Shown: positions 37,797 through 51,861, counted from the whole stretch's first letter. The stretch is DNA of 63,642 nt, filler included, from Reticulomyxa filosa (GCA_000512085.1; 19 parts of 19 records of this genome joined end to end with filler, not necessarily neighbours in it), one strand, 5' to 3'. Program-made: numbers and translations. The notes: a model not told the origin generated them from the letters alone.

Positions 37797-38615
37797 TACT
37801 TTTAATATAATACATATTACATATTTATTATATTAAAAGTATCCCAAATGATGAGAAAAAACACATACACACCTCGCATAATGCCAAAGACGGTGTTTGC
37901 TTTTAGTATGACGGTGCTGTTGCAAAGTGCATTCAGTGACGGACAAGGGACAAACAATTGGTAAGATTCATCCATGTTGAAGTGTGGAATGATATGCTCA
38001 TTGCTTACATTCGTAGGCTTCAGAGTCAACAGCAAAAGCATTTTGGTAACTACCATTTGTGAAAACGATGATGACAATGATGATGATGATGATGATGATG
38101 ATGATATCCGATGGGAAAAGAGGATTTTTTCGTAGCGATTGACAGTTGCGTTCAATTGTTCCCATATTGCCTCTTTCTTGTCCTCCGGAGCCGATGTTAT
38201 ATGGTAATGGTACTCAAACTCGGGAGGGGGCTTTATTGTCATTTTTACTCGATCCCATAAGGCTATCTTTTGAGGATGTGGCCATATTTGAATTGGATCT
38301 CCTTCTTTTTTTTTAAAAAAAAAAAATAAATTAATACTGACATATGCATTTATATAATTTTTTCTTGCCTGAAAAAGTAGATGGTCCACATTGCTGCATT
38401 TTATTCAGACACTCACGCAACAGTGTTGCTACCAACTCATCTGCTGTCATGTCCACGTTTAGAATTGCACTTTCGAGTTTTGGAGGCTTTACGTAAACTT
38501 GCTCTCTTTTTATTAGAGTCGAAGGCACCTCGAGGTCGTTTGACCTCAGTATAACGTAGACAATTATACTAAGAAAAGAAACAATAATAGATAACCAAAA
38601 TTGTGATACTAGCAT
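35980..38615 (-). CDS. Beta-N-acetylhexosaminidase (GH20), multi-exon, 3' truncated
   Basis: DFPRFSHRGLLLDCSR, FHWHVVD, RGIRVIPEFDTPGH, LHLGADEV, WYLD and GGE/AAMWSE, plus an N-terminal signal anchor. Confidence 0.92.
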
Positions 38616-38945
38616 CTGTTAGCTTTTATTACTTTAATTTTGGAGATGGAAGCAAGGAGGAAAACAAATATTGTTCAGCTTTTTTTTTTTCTCTTTCGTT
38701 GATCTGGTGGACACCCTGGCTCGTCGTTTTTAGTATCTTCAATGTATGTGTCGATTCCCAAGTTATTTTGGAAATTTTTTTTGTTTGCAAATCTTTTTTT
38801 TTGGGAGAAGATAGTCAATTATGTATAAAAAATATTGAATTTGAATTATCCTTTGCGTACACCAATATGTTAGACGTTCGCAAAGGCGTAACAGTGCAAA
38901 GGTTTTTTTTTAAAATAATAAAAAAATAAAGCCGTCAGTGGAGTA

Positions 38946-40277
38946 ATGTGTAGGTCATGTTGCAATCCCCCAGAACAAAAACTCCCAATGGCGTTACAAG
39001 TGAGTGGGAATACGCTTTGGGACAGGACTTGGCCCAATAGGAGTTGGTTGGCGGTCAGACAAACGTTTTTACTTGTGGGTTTGGGAATGTGTGTTGCGAC
39101 AATTGCGGAGAACATAATAGTGAACGGATTGAAATCATTGTATTGGATTTGGGCTTCTCATTTCATCTTATTTAGCAGTTTTTTGTACTTGCTGTTGTCA
39201 ATGATTGCAACTGTCAAGGTATTTCGGTATATCGGCGATTGGAACCCATCCAACGACGGCACCACTTCAATACCAATGCCAACCTCACAAGAGGTCGGCA
39301 TTCGCTTTCTGTCGTGGAGTATACGGGCATTAATATCCTTTGTGGTTTCTGGGCAAATTGTTGTGTGTATTACTTTTGTTATACGTTAAGTCGTCGTTTC
39401 AGCAGCTTTTTTTTTTTAAAAAAAAAAGGGCACAAAGGGCAAGACAAAAAAAAAAAAGAGATTTGAAGGAGGAGACTTTTCTTAATTTTAGGTTCATTTT
39501 TGCTGACAAAAAAAAAATTTCTAAGTGTATTTTTTTTTATTAAAAAAAAAAAAAAGAAAAGTAAAGAAATTGTTAACTTTTTCAAAAACATAAAAATAAT
39601 AATAACAAAAAAATACCGAAAATGCGTATCATGTGTTGTGATTGGGAGAGAACATTTTGTATACTTTTAAAAATAATATCATATGTATACACGTTTTTTG
39701 CTGTCCGATAGTATATAACAATATAAATAAAAAATTAACTTGTTTATTTTTTTTTTAATTCATATAAATTAATCTACATTACAAACTAAGCTTTTTTTTT
39801 TTTGAATGACATATGCGGGGGGAACACACAGTAATAATGAGCGATAGATATGACGACTTCTGGGATGTAATTGACAGCTTAGTGCTGCATGGCGTAATGA
39901 CATTGATGGTAGCGATCGATTTTCTAGTGAGCTGTCATGATCTCCCCTATCAAAGCTCAATCGTAACTCTAGTGTGGATATGTTTTTATCTGGTGTGGTC
40001 ATTGATATTTAATTTGGCAAAGCTAGACGCTAACAAAGGGAACGACTACGTGTATGACTTGTTGAAGTGGAAAAATGGCGGAGATGATTTCAGGTACGCG
40101 ATTACGATAAGCTTGTTCATGTTGGTGTCCTCGATTTTTTTTCAATTGTTGCTAGTATTTATGAAAAAACGTATACTGTCATGGAAAGTCAGACATGAAC
40201 TGTGGATTGACTTTGACGACAAAGAGCATATTGACGACTCTGAATTGGCTCCTTTGCATGATACTTACAACTACTAA
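38946..40277 (+). CDS. Multi-pass membrane protein, rolling stone / FAR-17a-AIG1-like
   Basis: About 6 hydrophobic helices with LHGVMTLMVAIDF, FYLVWSLIF and YVYDLLKW motifs, interrupted by an intronic AT-rich region. Confidence 0.55.
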
Positions 40278-42077
40278 TTTCCATTTATAAATCCCTTCTC
40301 CCTCCTCCACTTACACACAATTTTATTCTTTGTTCTTTGTCTTTTTTTTTTTTTTATCATTATTATTATTCATTTTGTTTATTTGTTTGTTTTGCTTACT
40401 TTTTGCCACCTCTCCATTTCTTGGAATATTTTCTTTGTTCAAAGCTAAATGTATTTGTGTACCATGGTGCGTAACTCGGAAGGAGGGGGGGGGGGGGGAA
40501 GAGAGAGAAAAAGAAAGTTTTACATGTAATGTTAATCCACTGTCTGACCGTTTGTTGAAATTGGATGGGTTTGCTGGTGGAAGGGGGAGGGGTTGGCAGC
40601 ATTGTGTCTTTAACAAGTAACGGAGTGAGAAAGAGTGGGGAGGGGAAGAGATTTAAAAAGTGCGACGAGAGGGTAGGAAGAAAAATCAAAGGGAAAAAAA
40701 AAGTAATAAAACCGATAAACAAAATAAAAACAGCAAACAAATATAGCAAATGTGGGGTCATTCAAACTAATCTTTGATTTTAACAATAAACCAATTTTAA
40801 ACAAAACAAAAAAAAAGCTGATCTTTTTTAACCGTACATGCACTAATTTAATCCTCTCTTTTCAAAAAAAAAATTTTTTTAGATGTGCAAATAATAATTT
40901 AAAAACTCTTAAGAAATTTCGTCATATGCTGCATGTCCTTTTCGAAAATAAAACAAAAAATTCTTTCGAGCTTCGATGACGAATCAAAATTCCAACATGG
41001 ACATGTTTTTTTTGTTTTTGCCAATCGTTTGTCCATAAGCAATGATCGTGGCATTGTGCCCCTCCAAAAATGAATTCACTAGTGGTCGGACAGCAATAGC
41101 AGTGAGTAGTGTAATTAGTTAATACTATTTGTAAACAAATGAGAACTAGCAAAATAATTTAATGAACATATTAATTTCCTCAACTGTAAAAAATTGAAAA
41201 ATCCTTGCCAGTAGTAGGTAAGGAGTTGCTTTTTAACATAGCTTAGCTCAAAGGCAGCAAGAATGAAAAAACAGATAATTCAACAAATTTTTGTAAAGTT
41301 TAAGCATGGGCAAATGAAAATGCTTATGGCCAAAAAAAGAAAAAACACAATGCCTGAGGCACTTCACTCTTTTCGTTGCACGACCATTTGGGGTTTGTCG
41401 TATGAAGATTGTCGGTCAAAAGCAGTTTTTGCGTGCACTGCGATTGTATTTCTCAATGCTTTGTGAGATGTTCGACAACGGTTTGCTTACTTTTGAGTTC
41501 AATTTTATTATTATTATTTAAAAAAAACTTGTAGTTTTTAAAAAAAGTTTGTTTTATTTGAAATGATAACAAATGAGTCCAATGCAAAATAAAAATAAAA
41601 AACAAACTCAAAAACTATTTTCAAAAAAAAAAGCGCCAGATTGGAATATATGGATGAAGAACCTTTAAAATTACTATCTTAAATTTGAAGATATTAAAAA
41701 AAAATAAATACAACGACTGTCAACAAAAAAAAAAAGAAGTTTAATCAATATTAATCTTCGTAAGGTCTGCATTATTGTTCTATTTGAAAATTTTCATTTT
41801 TATATTTATTAATTTCACATATAGTGTTTTTATCATTTGAAAAAAATGACACAGTGGATGCAATATAGCAATAACGAAAATTTGAAGTCATTATTTCAAA
41901 AGATTAAACATCGTAACCTCAAAATAATATTATCGTCTTGTTAGTAGTTTTTTTTTTGACAAAAAATCATTTTTTTTNNNNNNNNNNNNNNNNNNNNNNN
42001 NNNNNNNNNNNNNNNNNNNNNTTAATTAATTAANNNNNNNNNNNNNNNNNNNNNNNNNNNNNNNNNNNNNNNNNNNN

Positions 42078-42118
<41 letters not shown>

Positions 42119-42221
42119 AACGAGTAAACAAACAACAAACGATTCAGGTGCAATTGAGATCAGTCTATTGAAACGACGTCATCTCCTGATTCAGATGTGT
42201 CCTTTTCCTGAAGCGGGTCAG

Positions 42222-43170
42222 TTAACGGGAGAGTCCTTCTCTGAGGAAGCCGTGTGCTGTGTCCATAATCGACCAACTTCGAAGGCTATATACAATTTGG
42301 ACAAAGAAACAAACAGAGCAATGAATAAGAGTAATGAATAAGAGTAATGAATAAGAGTAATGAATAAGAGTAATGAATAAGAGCAATGAATAAGAGGCAA
42401 TGAAAAACATATAGAGACTCCTTAACGATTTTAGCATACAATTCGGGGGATTGCTCATGAATCCATAGAAGCAAGTCAGTTGTTTTTTCTTTGAATAACT
42501 GCACTTGCTCTAGAATGCGCTCCCACTGTTGATGTTCAATTTCGTGTTCTTTGATCTCATTGACCTGTTTCCATCGTTGCCACTTTGCGCGGAGTTCCTT
42601 CCACCAAACATCTCCATTGTCCGTAAGTAATTCATCTCCAGACCGAATGTCCTATATATGTGTATATATGTATTTGTTTATTTATTTTTTGCAACACAAA
42701 TGAAATAAATATTGTTTGAAAAATATTTACAAAGCTAATTCCATTGCATTTGAAGAAGAAAATAAAGAACTCGGGTTGTGACGGCAAACACTCGAGGCCA
42801 ACCATCTATTAAGACCTCGTAGTTGAGGACATTGGGCATTCTCACTTTTTTAGGGACTCGTTTTCCCAATTCGTCGGTGACGTATTTCACCACAGCGCTT
42901 TTTTTATAGGCCAATGCGACTGTTTTTGCTTTTCCTTTTTTGGACGATGCTTTTTCTTTTTTAGGCACTTTTCTTTTTTTAGATGCTGCTTTCTCTTTTT
43001 TGGACTCGCTTTTCGAGGACACTCCTCTGTGAACTTTCGGGGCCCTCAGGCCAGAGACTCCCGACTTGTTGCCGTCGGCTGTGTCGTTGCCATCGTCCAT
43101 GTCGTTGCTATAATCGGACTTGTTGTCATCGACCTCGTCGTCCGGATCTGCATCCAAGTTGTCATGATAG
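42222..43170 (-). CDS. SET-domain protein, C-terminal fragment
   Basis: PNV..EVLIDGWPRVFAVTTR|DIRSGDELLTDNGDVWW matches the SET A.RDI..GEEL..DYG..W motif. Confidence 0.6.
42317..42403 (+). repeat. 13-bp minisatellite (AATGAATAAGAGT) x ~6.5, probably intronic
   Basis: Direct tandem units are visible in the sequence. Confidence 0.9.
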
Positions 43171-43437
43171 TCATTTAAGTAAATGCATCTGTTGTTATTT
43201 TGTGCATAGCATTTCTTTGTTATTATTGTAATGATAGTTATTATTAGTTATTAAATATTAATTATTAATTATTATTTATTATTTATCACTTATTATTTAT
43301 TAATTATTATTTATTANNNNNNNNNNNNNNNNNNNNNNNNNNNNNNNNNNNNNNNNNNNNTTAATTAATTAANNNNNNNNNNNNNNNNNNNNNNNNNNNN
43401 NNNNNNNNNNNNNNNNAAAAAAAAAAAAAAAAAAAAA

Positions 43438-44539
43438 GAAAATTTGGGTGTATTCTATGAAATCGAGTGTTATCAGTACATGATCATTGACGACTTACGT
43501 AACGAAGAGTTTGTCGATATCCGAGGATGCTGCTTAGTGGGCTTTAGCAAGAGTTTACCTAAGTCATGGATTATTCGTAGACCTCTTTGGATTGATGTTG
43601 TGTACCAAAATGGCCGTCGAAAATTCAATGTCTTGGAGTTGACCGAAGAAGAATATGCGGCAAAACTACAACAACAAAAACAAAAGGAACACGACAAAGA
43701 AGAGTCTTTGAATGACGAAAATGCTGTTGTCGAAATGTACGTACTTTTTTTGTGTACGTTTTTTTGATTTTTTTTGAACTGTTTGTATATCTGTGTACAT
43801 ACATATATACGTACTGGCGAACATTATTTGAAGGGGGAGGGGAAAAAGAGAGAAAAAGAAATGGAGGGAGAAGGGGGAGGAGGCAGAAAATATATTTCCA
43901 AGTCGCTCCATTTTTTTTTTTTTTTTATATGTAAGTGCATGCACACATTTGCTTACTGTTCGATTTTTCTTCAACAGAAAACCCAGTAGTCCAAAACGAG
44001 TGCTTCAAATGGTGGAAATAGGAGTGGATCACTTACTCAGCCTTGGAAATGCGTCCAAAATGGAAGAGAAAAGGGTAGATAGTGACGAGGAAGACGGGGA
44101 ACATGACTTCAGAAAGAATAAGGATGATGACGACGATGACGACGATGACGACAATAACAACGACGATGATGACAATGAAGATGAACTCAAACTCGAGCAA
44201 CAGCAATTGAATGAAGCTCAAATCGAATATGAAAAGAAAGTAATCGAATATAAAACAAGGGCTTACTATTTGTTTGAAAAATATATTCGCTTATCCGCAT
44301 CACATGAAATTAATATAAGTGGTCCATCTAGGGAAGAATACACCAAATTACTTGATAATCGTGAAGCTTGGATCAACAATCGCAAGTATCATACTAAAAA
44401 TAAACTTCTTCACGTCTTTGACAAAGTCAAAGTCGAAATCGGCCGACTTTTACGTTTTGGATTCCAACAATTTCGAGGCTCTTCTAGATATGGTAAGTTT
44501 GTGTCCAAAGTTTATGAAAATCAAAATAGAAATTTGTAG
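43438..44539 (+). CDS. RGS-domain protein, C-terminal part with acidic insertion (5' truncated)
   Basis: ENLGVFYEIE...LFEKYIRLSASHEINIS...VFDKVKVEIGRLL..FQQF. Confidence 0.85.
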
Positions 44540-45004
44540 CTATTCCTTTTTTTTTTTCCAATTTGCTTTGAGTTCCTTTGCACATCAACTTTGTTTGAGG
44601 GAATCACGAGGAGGGAGATTGACAATGCAAAGGACCAAAAGTTGTTTGTTTTTTTTTCATTGTTCTCTTTTTGTCTTTTTTTTAGGGGGAGGACTGGGAA
44701 AAACATATTTTTTTGTGTTGGTCTCAATTCACAAATGACTCAAAAAATAAAATTTTTCTGATACATTGTGATACACCAAAAAAAATGCTTTGGCTCGACT
44801 TAACACTTTCTTTTCGTGAACAGTAATTGCCAAAAGAGATTGCTTTTTCTACTTCAGTAATAATAACTTTTAATGCAGATATTCGTTTTGGTAAATTCAG
44901 ATAACTTGTGGCTTGTTGAGATGGGCTGCCGTTACGATGTGAAGATAAGCATAAAAATTTTAAGTACTGTGAACAAAGAGTTTTTTTTAATTAAATATGG
45001 AATA

Positions 45005-47683
45005 ATGTACAGCACAACTATTCCATTAGTTCTTTCATTTGTAACCATTGGCTTAAACTTACTTTTGGGAGTGCCTATATTGATATACTATACTTCAGTA
45101 TTCTACAAATATCAAGAAATCGATGCAATTCGAAAAAGATTTCCACAGATAACCCTAGTGTTATCAGCGAACTCAATTCTTTTTTCAGTGGGTAAACTAA
45201 GCCTTCACATACTGCAAGTATATTGACTTGTGTTTGTTACATGGCGTCAATCCGACAAACATAAGCAATGGAACAATCTTTTTTTTTTTTTTTTTGTGTG
45301 TGGTTAAAATGATTTATGTTTGTGTGGGATGGCAAAAAGTGACATGTACGTACCGCTATTGTGTGTCGTTGGGCTTGATATCCGGAGATTTGGCGTCCCA
45401 TTATTTAATGGGGCTTCACTTGTTAGGATCGGTAGCAATATTCTTGTGGCGAAGCGTAAACATTTACTATTGCCTGCAATGGAACGAAAAGTACGCAGAT
45501 CAGTCGTGGCTGTTGCTACTGACAGTGGACTATGATAAAGCGATAATGATCGAACGCGACCTGGCAATGACAACGAATAGTAATTCTGGACTCAATAACA
45601 GTCAGAACAATGGTATTGAGATGCAACGTCCACGTCACAACACAGAAGTGTGGAGAGACTACAACATAGAACAAGACACTATACGTTATATCAAAAATCA
45701 AAGCTGTTTTATTAAATACGATAAGTCTTTGGGAAATTGGAAATGCAATGGGGTGTTGTGCTTGTTGTTATTCCTGTTGTGTGCTGCTGCCTACATGTAT
45801 CGTTACCTTCTCTAATTGCCAAAGGAACAGTTGGAGAGAAGGGGGGGGGGGAGGGGGAGCACAAGAAGAGGGGAGAGAAAAAGGGAAGAAAGGAAAGGTT
45901 TCGATTAGAAAAAAAAAAAAAAAAAAAAAAAAAAGCGTTGCGTTAATAATCGAAGGATATCAAGGACTTATACATTTGTGTATTGCGATGATATTGCCCA
46001 TAATCGTCACTATTATCCTTTGCGCAATGTATGTGACATTGCCGAAGGTTACCGATTTATACTTCACAAAAAGAGAATATCTGCGAATGACCGTCGTTTG
46101 TATAGTTCATGCTGTTGCCGCCATTGTTATTATTTTTCTTGGCGAAAGGGCCAATAGCAATAACGTTTCCGCTTATCTTCTGTTTTGTCTCTTTTTTTTT
46201 CTCTAAACTATGTCTCGGCCCCCTTGTTCTCTTTTAGCCCTATTTCCCGTACGTATACTACATTTGATATACATTTCAAAAATATGTGTCGTTTGTTATT
46301 TATTTGCATTTGAACTTCAATATTTGAGCAAATGTGTGCATGTATATATGTTGGATGGGGGTGGGGGTGGAAACTAATGTAAATTAGTGTGACAGTGTTG
46401 TTATCATGGAACATGTTGACGGCATATTTTTGCACGGGCTGGGTCTGTCAACAATTATCTAATATGTTTCGTGCTGAAAAACGCAAAAGACTAAAACAAG
46501 AGAGTGGTAGCAATGTAGAGACGACAGTGAATCGGAATCTATGTCTCAATATTTGTTGCAACTTTGGATTATTGCCATCGTCCATAGAATCGCTGAACAC
46601 TCCAAGCACTGCCAGTTCCTCTGGAGAATATCTTAAATCGCCTACGATCACTTCTACTCGCTGCTCACGCATTATTGACAGTTGTGGGAGATGGGTCGGT
46701 CTGAAATCGCAACGTTTGACTCAGTCATCGCTTACGTTGCGGCAATTGCTTGATGTCATCCTACTAAATCGAGAAGCCATACATTTGTTTATGCAACATT
46801 TACAAAAGCTTCGTTTTTCTTTTCTTTCTCTTTGTAACTACTTCTCCTTCCTCCTTTGCTTAGAATTTCCATCCACAGCTGTCATCCCTTTTCTTTGTGA
46901 TCTTTTTTTTTTTTTTTTTTAAATAGAGAACGAGCCATTGAAAATTTATTGGCATTGGTCGAGTTTCGACAATGCTTGGGATTGATCGTGCTGACCCCTG
47001 AATACAATGAGTTTTCGAATTAAAACAATTGACATACACGACTTATACAGTACATATATATGTACATATGTATTGCTTACACTGTCTGCTAATATGTGTG
47101 TATTTGACACGGTTTTCAAAGATTGGAAAGTTCCCAACGAGAACGATTTAAAGCATATAGTGGCATTGCATTTGCTTCGAATGTGCCAATGTCAGGAATT
47201 TGTCGTGAACCCAAGTGGTTTGTCACGACAAAACTGCGATTGTTGTATTTCAAGTACATCACAAATAATGCTCAATTGCAAATAAATTTGTCTTTTGCTT
47301 TAAAAAAAAGATGGGATGCTGTGTTTTTGCAAACAACCAAAACGGACACTGACTCGAAAACTGACGAAGCGCAAAAAACAAATAATCCTGTGACCACATC
47401 TGAGTCTAAAAATTTACAACCAACATCAATACCATTACGTACGGATGAAAAAAAGACTAAACCTGTGGAAAAGGAGTTTCGAGATATTTATATTCAGAGA
47501 AGTCGCACAGAGGATCACTTTACTTTGGAAGAAAAAGGTATTGAAGTTATGAGTATTTTGGTCATGGATACTTTAGACACGCTTGTACAACTGCTTCAAC
47601 AATCGGTGCAACGATGGACAGAAACTTCACAATTTGATACTGTGAAAAATGCACTGATGATTGGTCACATTAAAGGAGACTAA
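45005..47683 (+). CDS. 7TM-RGS protein (multi-pass membrane domain + C-terminal RGS domain), multi-exon
   Basis: TM1 followed by IRKRFP, further TMs, DLYFTKREY, then LFMQHLQK|ERAIENLLALVEF and FKYITNNAQLQINLS. Confidence 0.8.
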
Positions 47684-48319
47684 TAAAGACGAAGAGTATA
47701 ACGAAGGGAAGATAGAGGGAAAGAGATACATTGCTAATAGGATCATAAAATTGTGATTGAGAAAGAGGCCGAAAGAAACTTCACCGAGTGATTTTAGATT
47801 TGGGAGTTTTTTTCTCTTTTTCTCTTTCACTGTTGAATAGGAGTATTACTTGAATTTCTTGTTGTATTGGTTGCTAGCTCAATACATTTGATTGCCACAA
47901 CGTCGTGGTTCTTTTTTTTTTCTGTAATTGTAAAAAGCTTCTTGTACGGCGAAATAAATTCATCCAATTAAATCTTTAATATTTATCCTACACCACTTGA
48001 TATTTATAGGTCAGGTCTTTTTGTAGGAGTGGCCATACATCTATCAAAACGTATTTGTTTTATAGTCAATTTTAAGCACAACAAAGATTTCAATCCTGCG
48101 TTGTTCTTACTGAAAAAAAGGATAACTATTGTTAATATAATCAGATATATCACAATGCATCTTTGATTTTCTATTGAAATAGTTTGGCTTAATATCAAAA
48201 TCAACTTTTTGCTTTTTAGGAATGCAAATACATAAACATGATTTAACAGCTACTGATATAATTTCACGAGGTGATTGATATAATCTAATTTATATATGCA
48301 ATATAATGCTTGTTAGCAT

Positions 48320-48485
48320 TTCATCAGATAATATAGTAGGATAAAAAAAAAGTTGACACCTAAAATGCCACATTATATAGATGATTGTGTTTTCTCCATG
48401 AAAAAACAACATTAAATCAAAATTTTTTTAAAAATATCTACATCGTGTAGTTTTTAAATATCATTTTGGTTTTTTATTAAGTTTT
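48320..48485 (+). repeat. Dispersed non-coding repeat, copy of MITE-like family
   Basis: AAGTTGACAC...TAGATGATTG...CATGAAAAAAC...AAATATC.ACA..GTGTA...AAATATCATTTTG is shared with 59715-59855. Confidence 0.7.
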
Positions 48486-48585
48486 NNNNNNNNNNNNNNN
48501 NNNNNNNNNNNNNNNNNNNNNNNNNNNNNTTAATTAATTAANNNNNNNNNNNNNNNNNNNNNNNNNNNNNNNNNNNNNNNNNNNN

Positions 48586-51500
48586 AAGGAACAATTCCAG
48601 GATTTGAAATGTTTAAAAATGAAAGTTCAATCCAATCAATTGGAACTAACACCAGATTTAGAAAAGCAGTTGTCTCGTTTTGTTGAAAGAACAGACAAAA
48701 AAATAATTCGAAGGATAATGACAGCATGGACACATGTGGCAAAAAAAGAAAACAGAGTTGAAACGCAGCCATCAAAATTGATCAAAGATTATTTGCAAAA
48801 CACATATTTTTTTTCGGATGAATTAAATTTTTTTCCACAGCAGTCATTCAGTTGGGACTATTGTATTAACGGATACAATTTTGTCGTTTCGTGCTATGAG
48901 AATCTCAAAACGATTAAAATTCATTCAACTCCAATTGTCATGATCGACTTTATGGAGATTTTTGAGCATGCCAATTTACAATGGGAAAAAGGAAAAGAAG
49001 TTACTTTTATTTATTTATTTATTTTTTTAAAAGTGAAGGAAAATGTATCCGACATAAACAAATTCAAACAAACAAAAAAAGAAAAAGAAAAATTTTATTT
49101 TGTTGTTTATGATAAATTAAGTCTTCGGAACAATGGGAAGCACAATTCAATAAATTATGGGAACTGCATGATACCTGGCAAAAATTTAAGCAAAGTATAG
49201 AGATGATTCGGAAATATCATCAAAAAAAGAATGAAATAATAAACGATACTGAGTGGAAAACACTTGAAGAAAAGTTAGACATGAGTAAACAATTGCTGGA
49301 AGGCAAAGCTGAAATGTCAATTGAAGATGCAATCCACAATTACGATTGGTGTGTGGAATACTTTGGAGACATTAAGGAGTATGTAAATATTATCGAATTG
49401 ATCATAAGCAATGAGCAAAAAATTCAAACAGTTGCAAGTGATGAAATGTTTGCGGACAACACAATGTTTAACTTTGCATTGGAAAAATTGAAGAATTGTG
49501 ATACTGAAAAATTCCATCAATTGATTGAACCATTGTATAATGTCAATCAACCACTGCAAGAAAAAATATGGAAAACAGATTTCAAAGGAATGTGCGTGCT
49601 TGCCAGGACAGTACTTACAATTATGAAAGAAAATGAAACATTTGTAATGCAATTGGAACAATGTTTGAAAGTAGATCTCCATGCTCTTCTTCGTGTCATG
49701 AAAAAAGGTGATGATGTGATGGTTCAAAAAAAAAAAGATGAGTTTGTACAAGCACATCAACAAGGGGATTGGCTGTTTGATGATTACGATACCATTTATT
49801 CTGCATATTCGCGTTTAAAAAGTGGCAGATATGAGGGATTGTCACTTCAGTTTGGAAGTAACAAATTGACTTGTGAAGAGATAGAACATTCCATAGATCT
49901 ACTAAAACTTGGTTTGACAAGTGAAGAAAAGAAAGATATTGAAACGATCATTTCACAATTTGAAATTTGCAAAGATATTTATGCCATTCGAATGGATTAT
50001 TGGGAAAAAGGAGGCACTTCATCTCAAGATAAGCTGAAGTTAGCAGCAAGTAATCCCATTCCAAACTTTGAGAGCCAAAAAATTATGTGGGTTGAAAAAT
50101 TGAAACAGTGGAATAAGGATTGTATCGAATTGCGACACAAGTATCCATGTTTGGCATACTTTACAATGAATGAAATACAACAATTGGTTAAAGATTTGAA
50201 TCATATCAAAGCACATGAACCCCAATATTGGGATATATTAGCATCCAAGTATATTGTACCCTTTTTACAAAGATTAGATTATCAAATACAGGACGCATCT
50301 CAAGTGTTACATAAATGGAAAAATCAGAATAGCAAAGATATGCGATCATTACAAGAACTTGGATGTATTTTTTCCAAAGTTTGGATGAAATCAAAAAACA
50401 ATCAAAATGCACCCAATTCCATTTCCATATTATCATCATTAAAATCAGGGAGGCCTAACTTGGTCATTGCCAATCAAAACAATAAACTATTTTCGATGTT
50501 AAGTTTGTATGAATCTATTGGATTGATACCTCGAGCTGAACATGTACTTTTGTGCAAGGAGACGACAACAGAAGAGGAAGTGGAATGTTTGATATTGCGA
50601 GCATTACTATATGTGAAAGATATAAATTCCAAGACATCATTGTATTGCTTAGTTTGGCCAGAAAAATTGCAAATTAGAATATTGGAGAAAGTAGTAAATC
50701 TTTTTCAAAAATATTTTTTTGAGCCATCAAGATCGCGACGAATACAATTGTATTTGTTCGCAGTGATATCCTCCAATCATGATAATGCATTATCTTACTT
50801 CTTGCGAGGATTGGAGTGGAACGTCTCTGGTGAACTGAATAACCATCAATTTAATATCAACGAAGCCTTGTATTCACAAAAATTTGACATATTACCTCCA
50901 AATGCACGAGGTCATTCATTTTATAGGGTGAAGCTGTACGAATTCACAAAAGTAGGTTTGGGTAAAAGTTGGAAAATCCAGCGAGATATTCAATGTTTGC
51001 AACAACAAACAAGTAGAGTACAAAGTGTTCGCCTACGCTTCAACAGTGGTAATATTGACTGGGAAGATATTGTCAAGACATTATGGACATATCATCCATG
51101 CCAAGTCAACAGTGCATCCAAAGATAGTATTACTGGCGTAAACAAGAGGATAAAAGATTTTAATTATTTCAAAGATAATTGGATTGTGTATCATATTGAT
51201 GTGTCCTCTTGTGTTAATAAAGATATCAATGATTTCTTTTTCCAATTGTTGTATTTACAACACATTGACGCTATGAATTGTAGCTTCCACGTCAATCCAA
51301 ACATGATCTTTTTCATTGAGATCCCTTGCAAACTCGATATGTTTTCGGACACACCACACAACTTTTTTTATACCTTATTTTTCAACACACGATTCCAAAT
51401 GAAATCAAAACTCCCTGCGTTCAATGTTGGAGACAAAGGCCGGTCCAGCATCGAATGGATGGAAGGATTTTTTGCCGGAAAATTGGAGTTTTGAAAAGTT

Positions 51501-51861
51501 TCCAACACAAGAAGAAACTTTTGAGGTTTGCCGAGATTTTTTTTTTGACAAATGAACAAATAAATAACGATAGGCAATCCAGTTTTATAACACATTTTTT
51601 TCAAAACCTTCTTGCTTCATCTGCAGATATCAGTACCAAAAGATCCAATTTGAGTGTCACAGAAATTAACCAGCTTATGAATGAGCATTTTCCTGATTTG
51701 ACAACAGTCAGTCGGTGGCATATCAAAATGTTCTTCGATTATTTGTTCACACAATTTGAAGTGCTGGCCAACTCATCATTCCTTTTGAACGAATGCATTC
51801 CATTTCGACACGAAGCGACAAAGTGTGCAATTGAATTTGCCAAAGACTTGTGTTTTTATTC
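48586..51861 (+). CDS. RNF213: RNF213 (mysterin)-like giant AAA+ protein, internal fragment (stalk to first AAA modules)
   Basis: GRPNLVI, PRAEHVLLCKETTTEEEVECLILRA, GLGKS, VYHIDVSSCV, FFFQLLYLQHID and FFIEI are collinear with RNF213 (PTYDEVLLC..TT.EEV.LLLRR, GVGKS, FHLDVTSSV, FLFKLLILQYLMD; recalled from memory). Confidence 0.8.

Noticed and set aside
40330-41977. Short ORFs in AT/poly-A-rich intergenic DNA (likewise 8878-10900, 52140-54265)
   Set aside because: Low-complexity F/K/L-rich translations with no motifs or exon structure.
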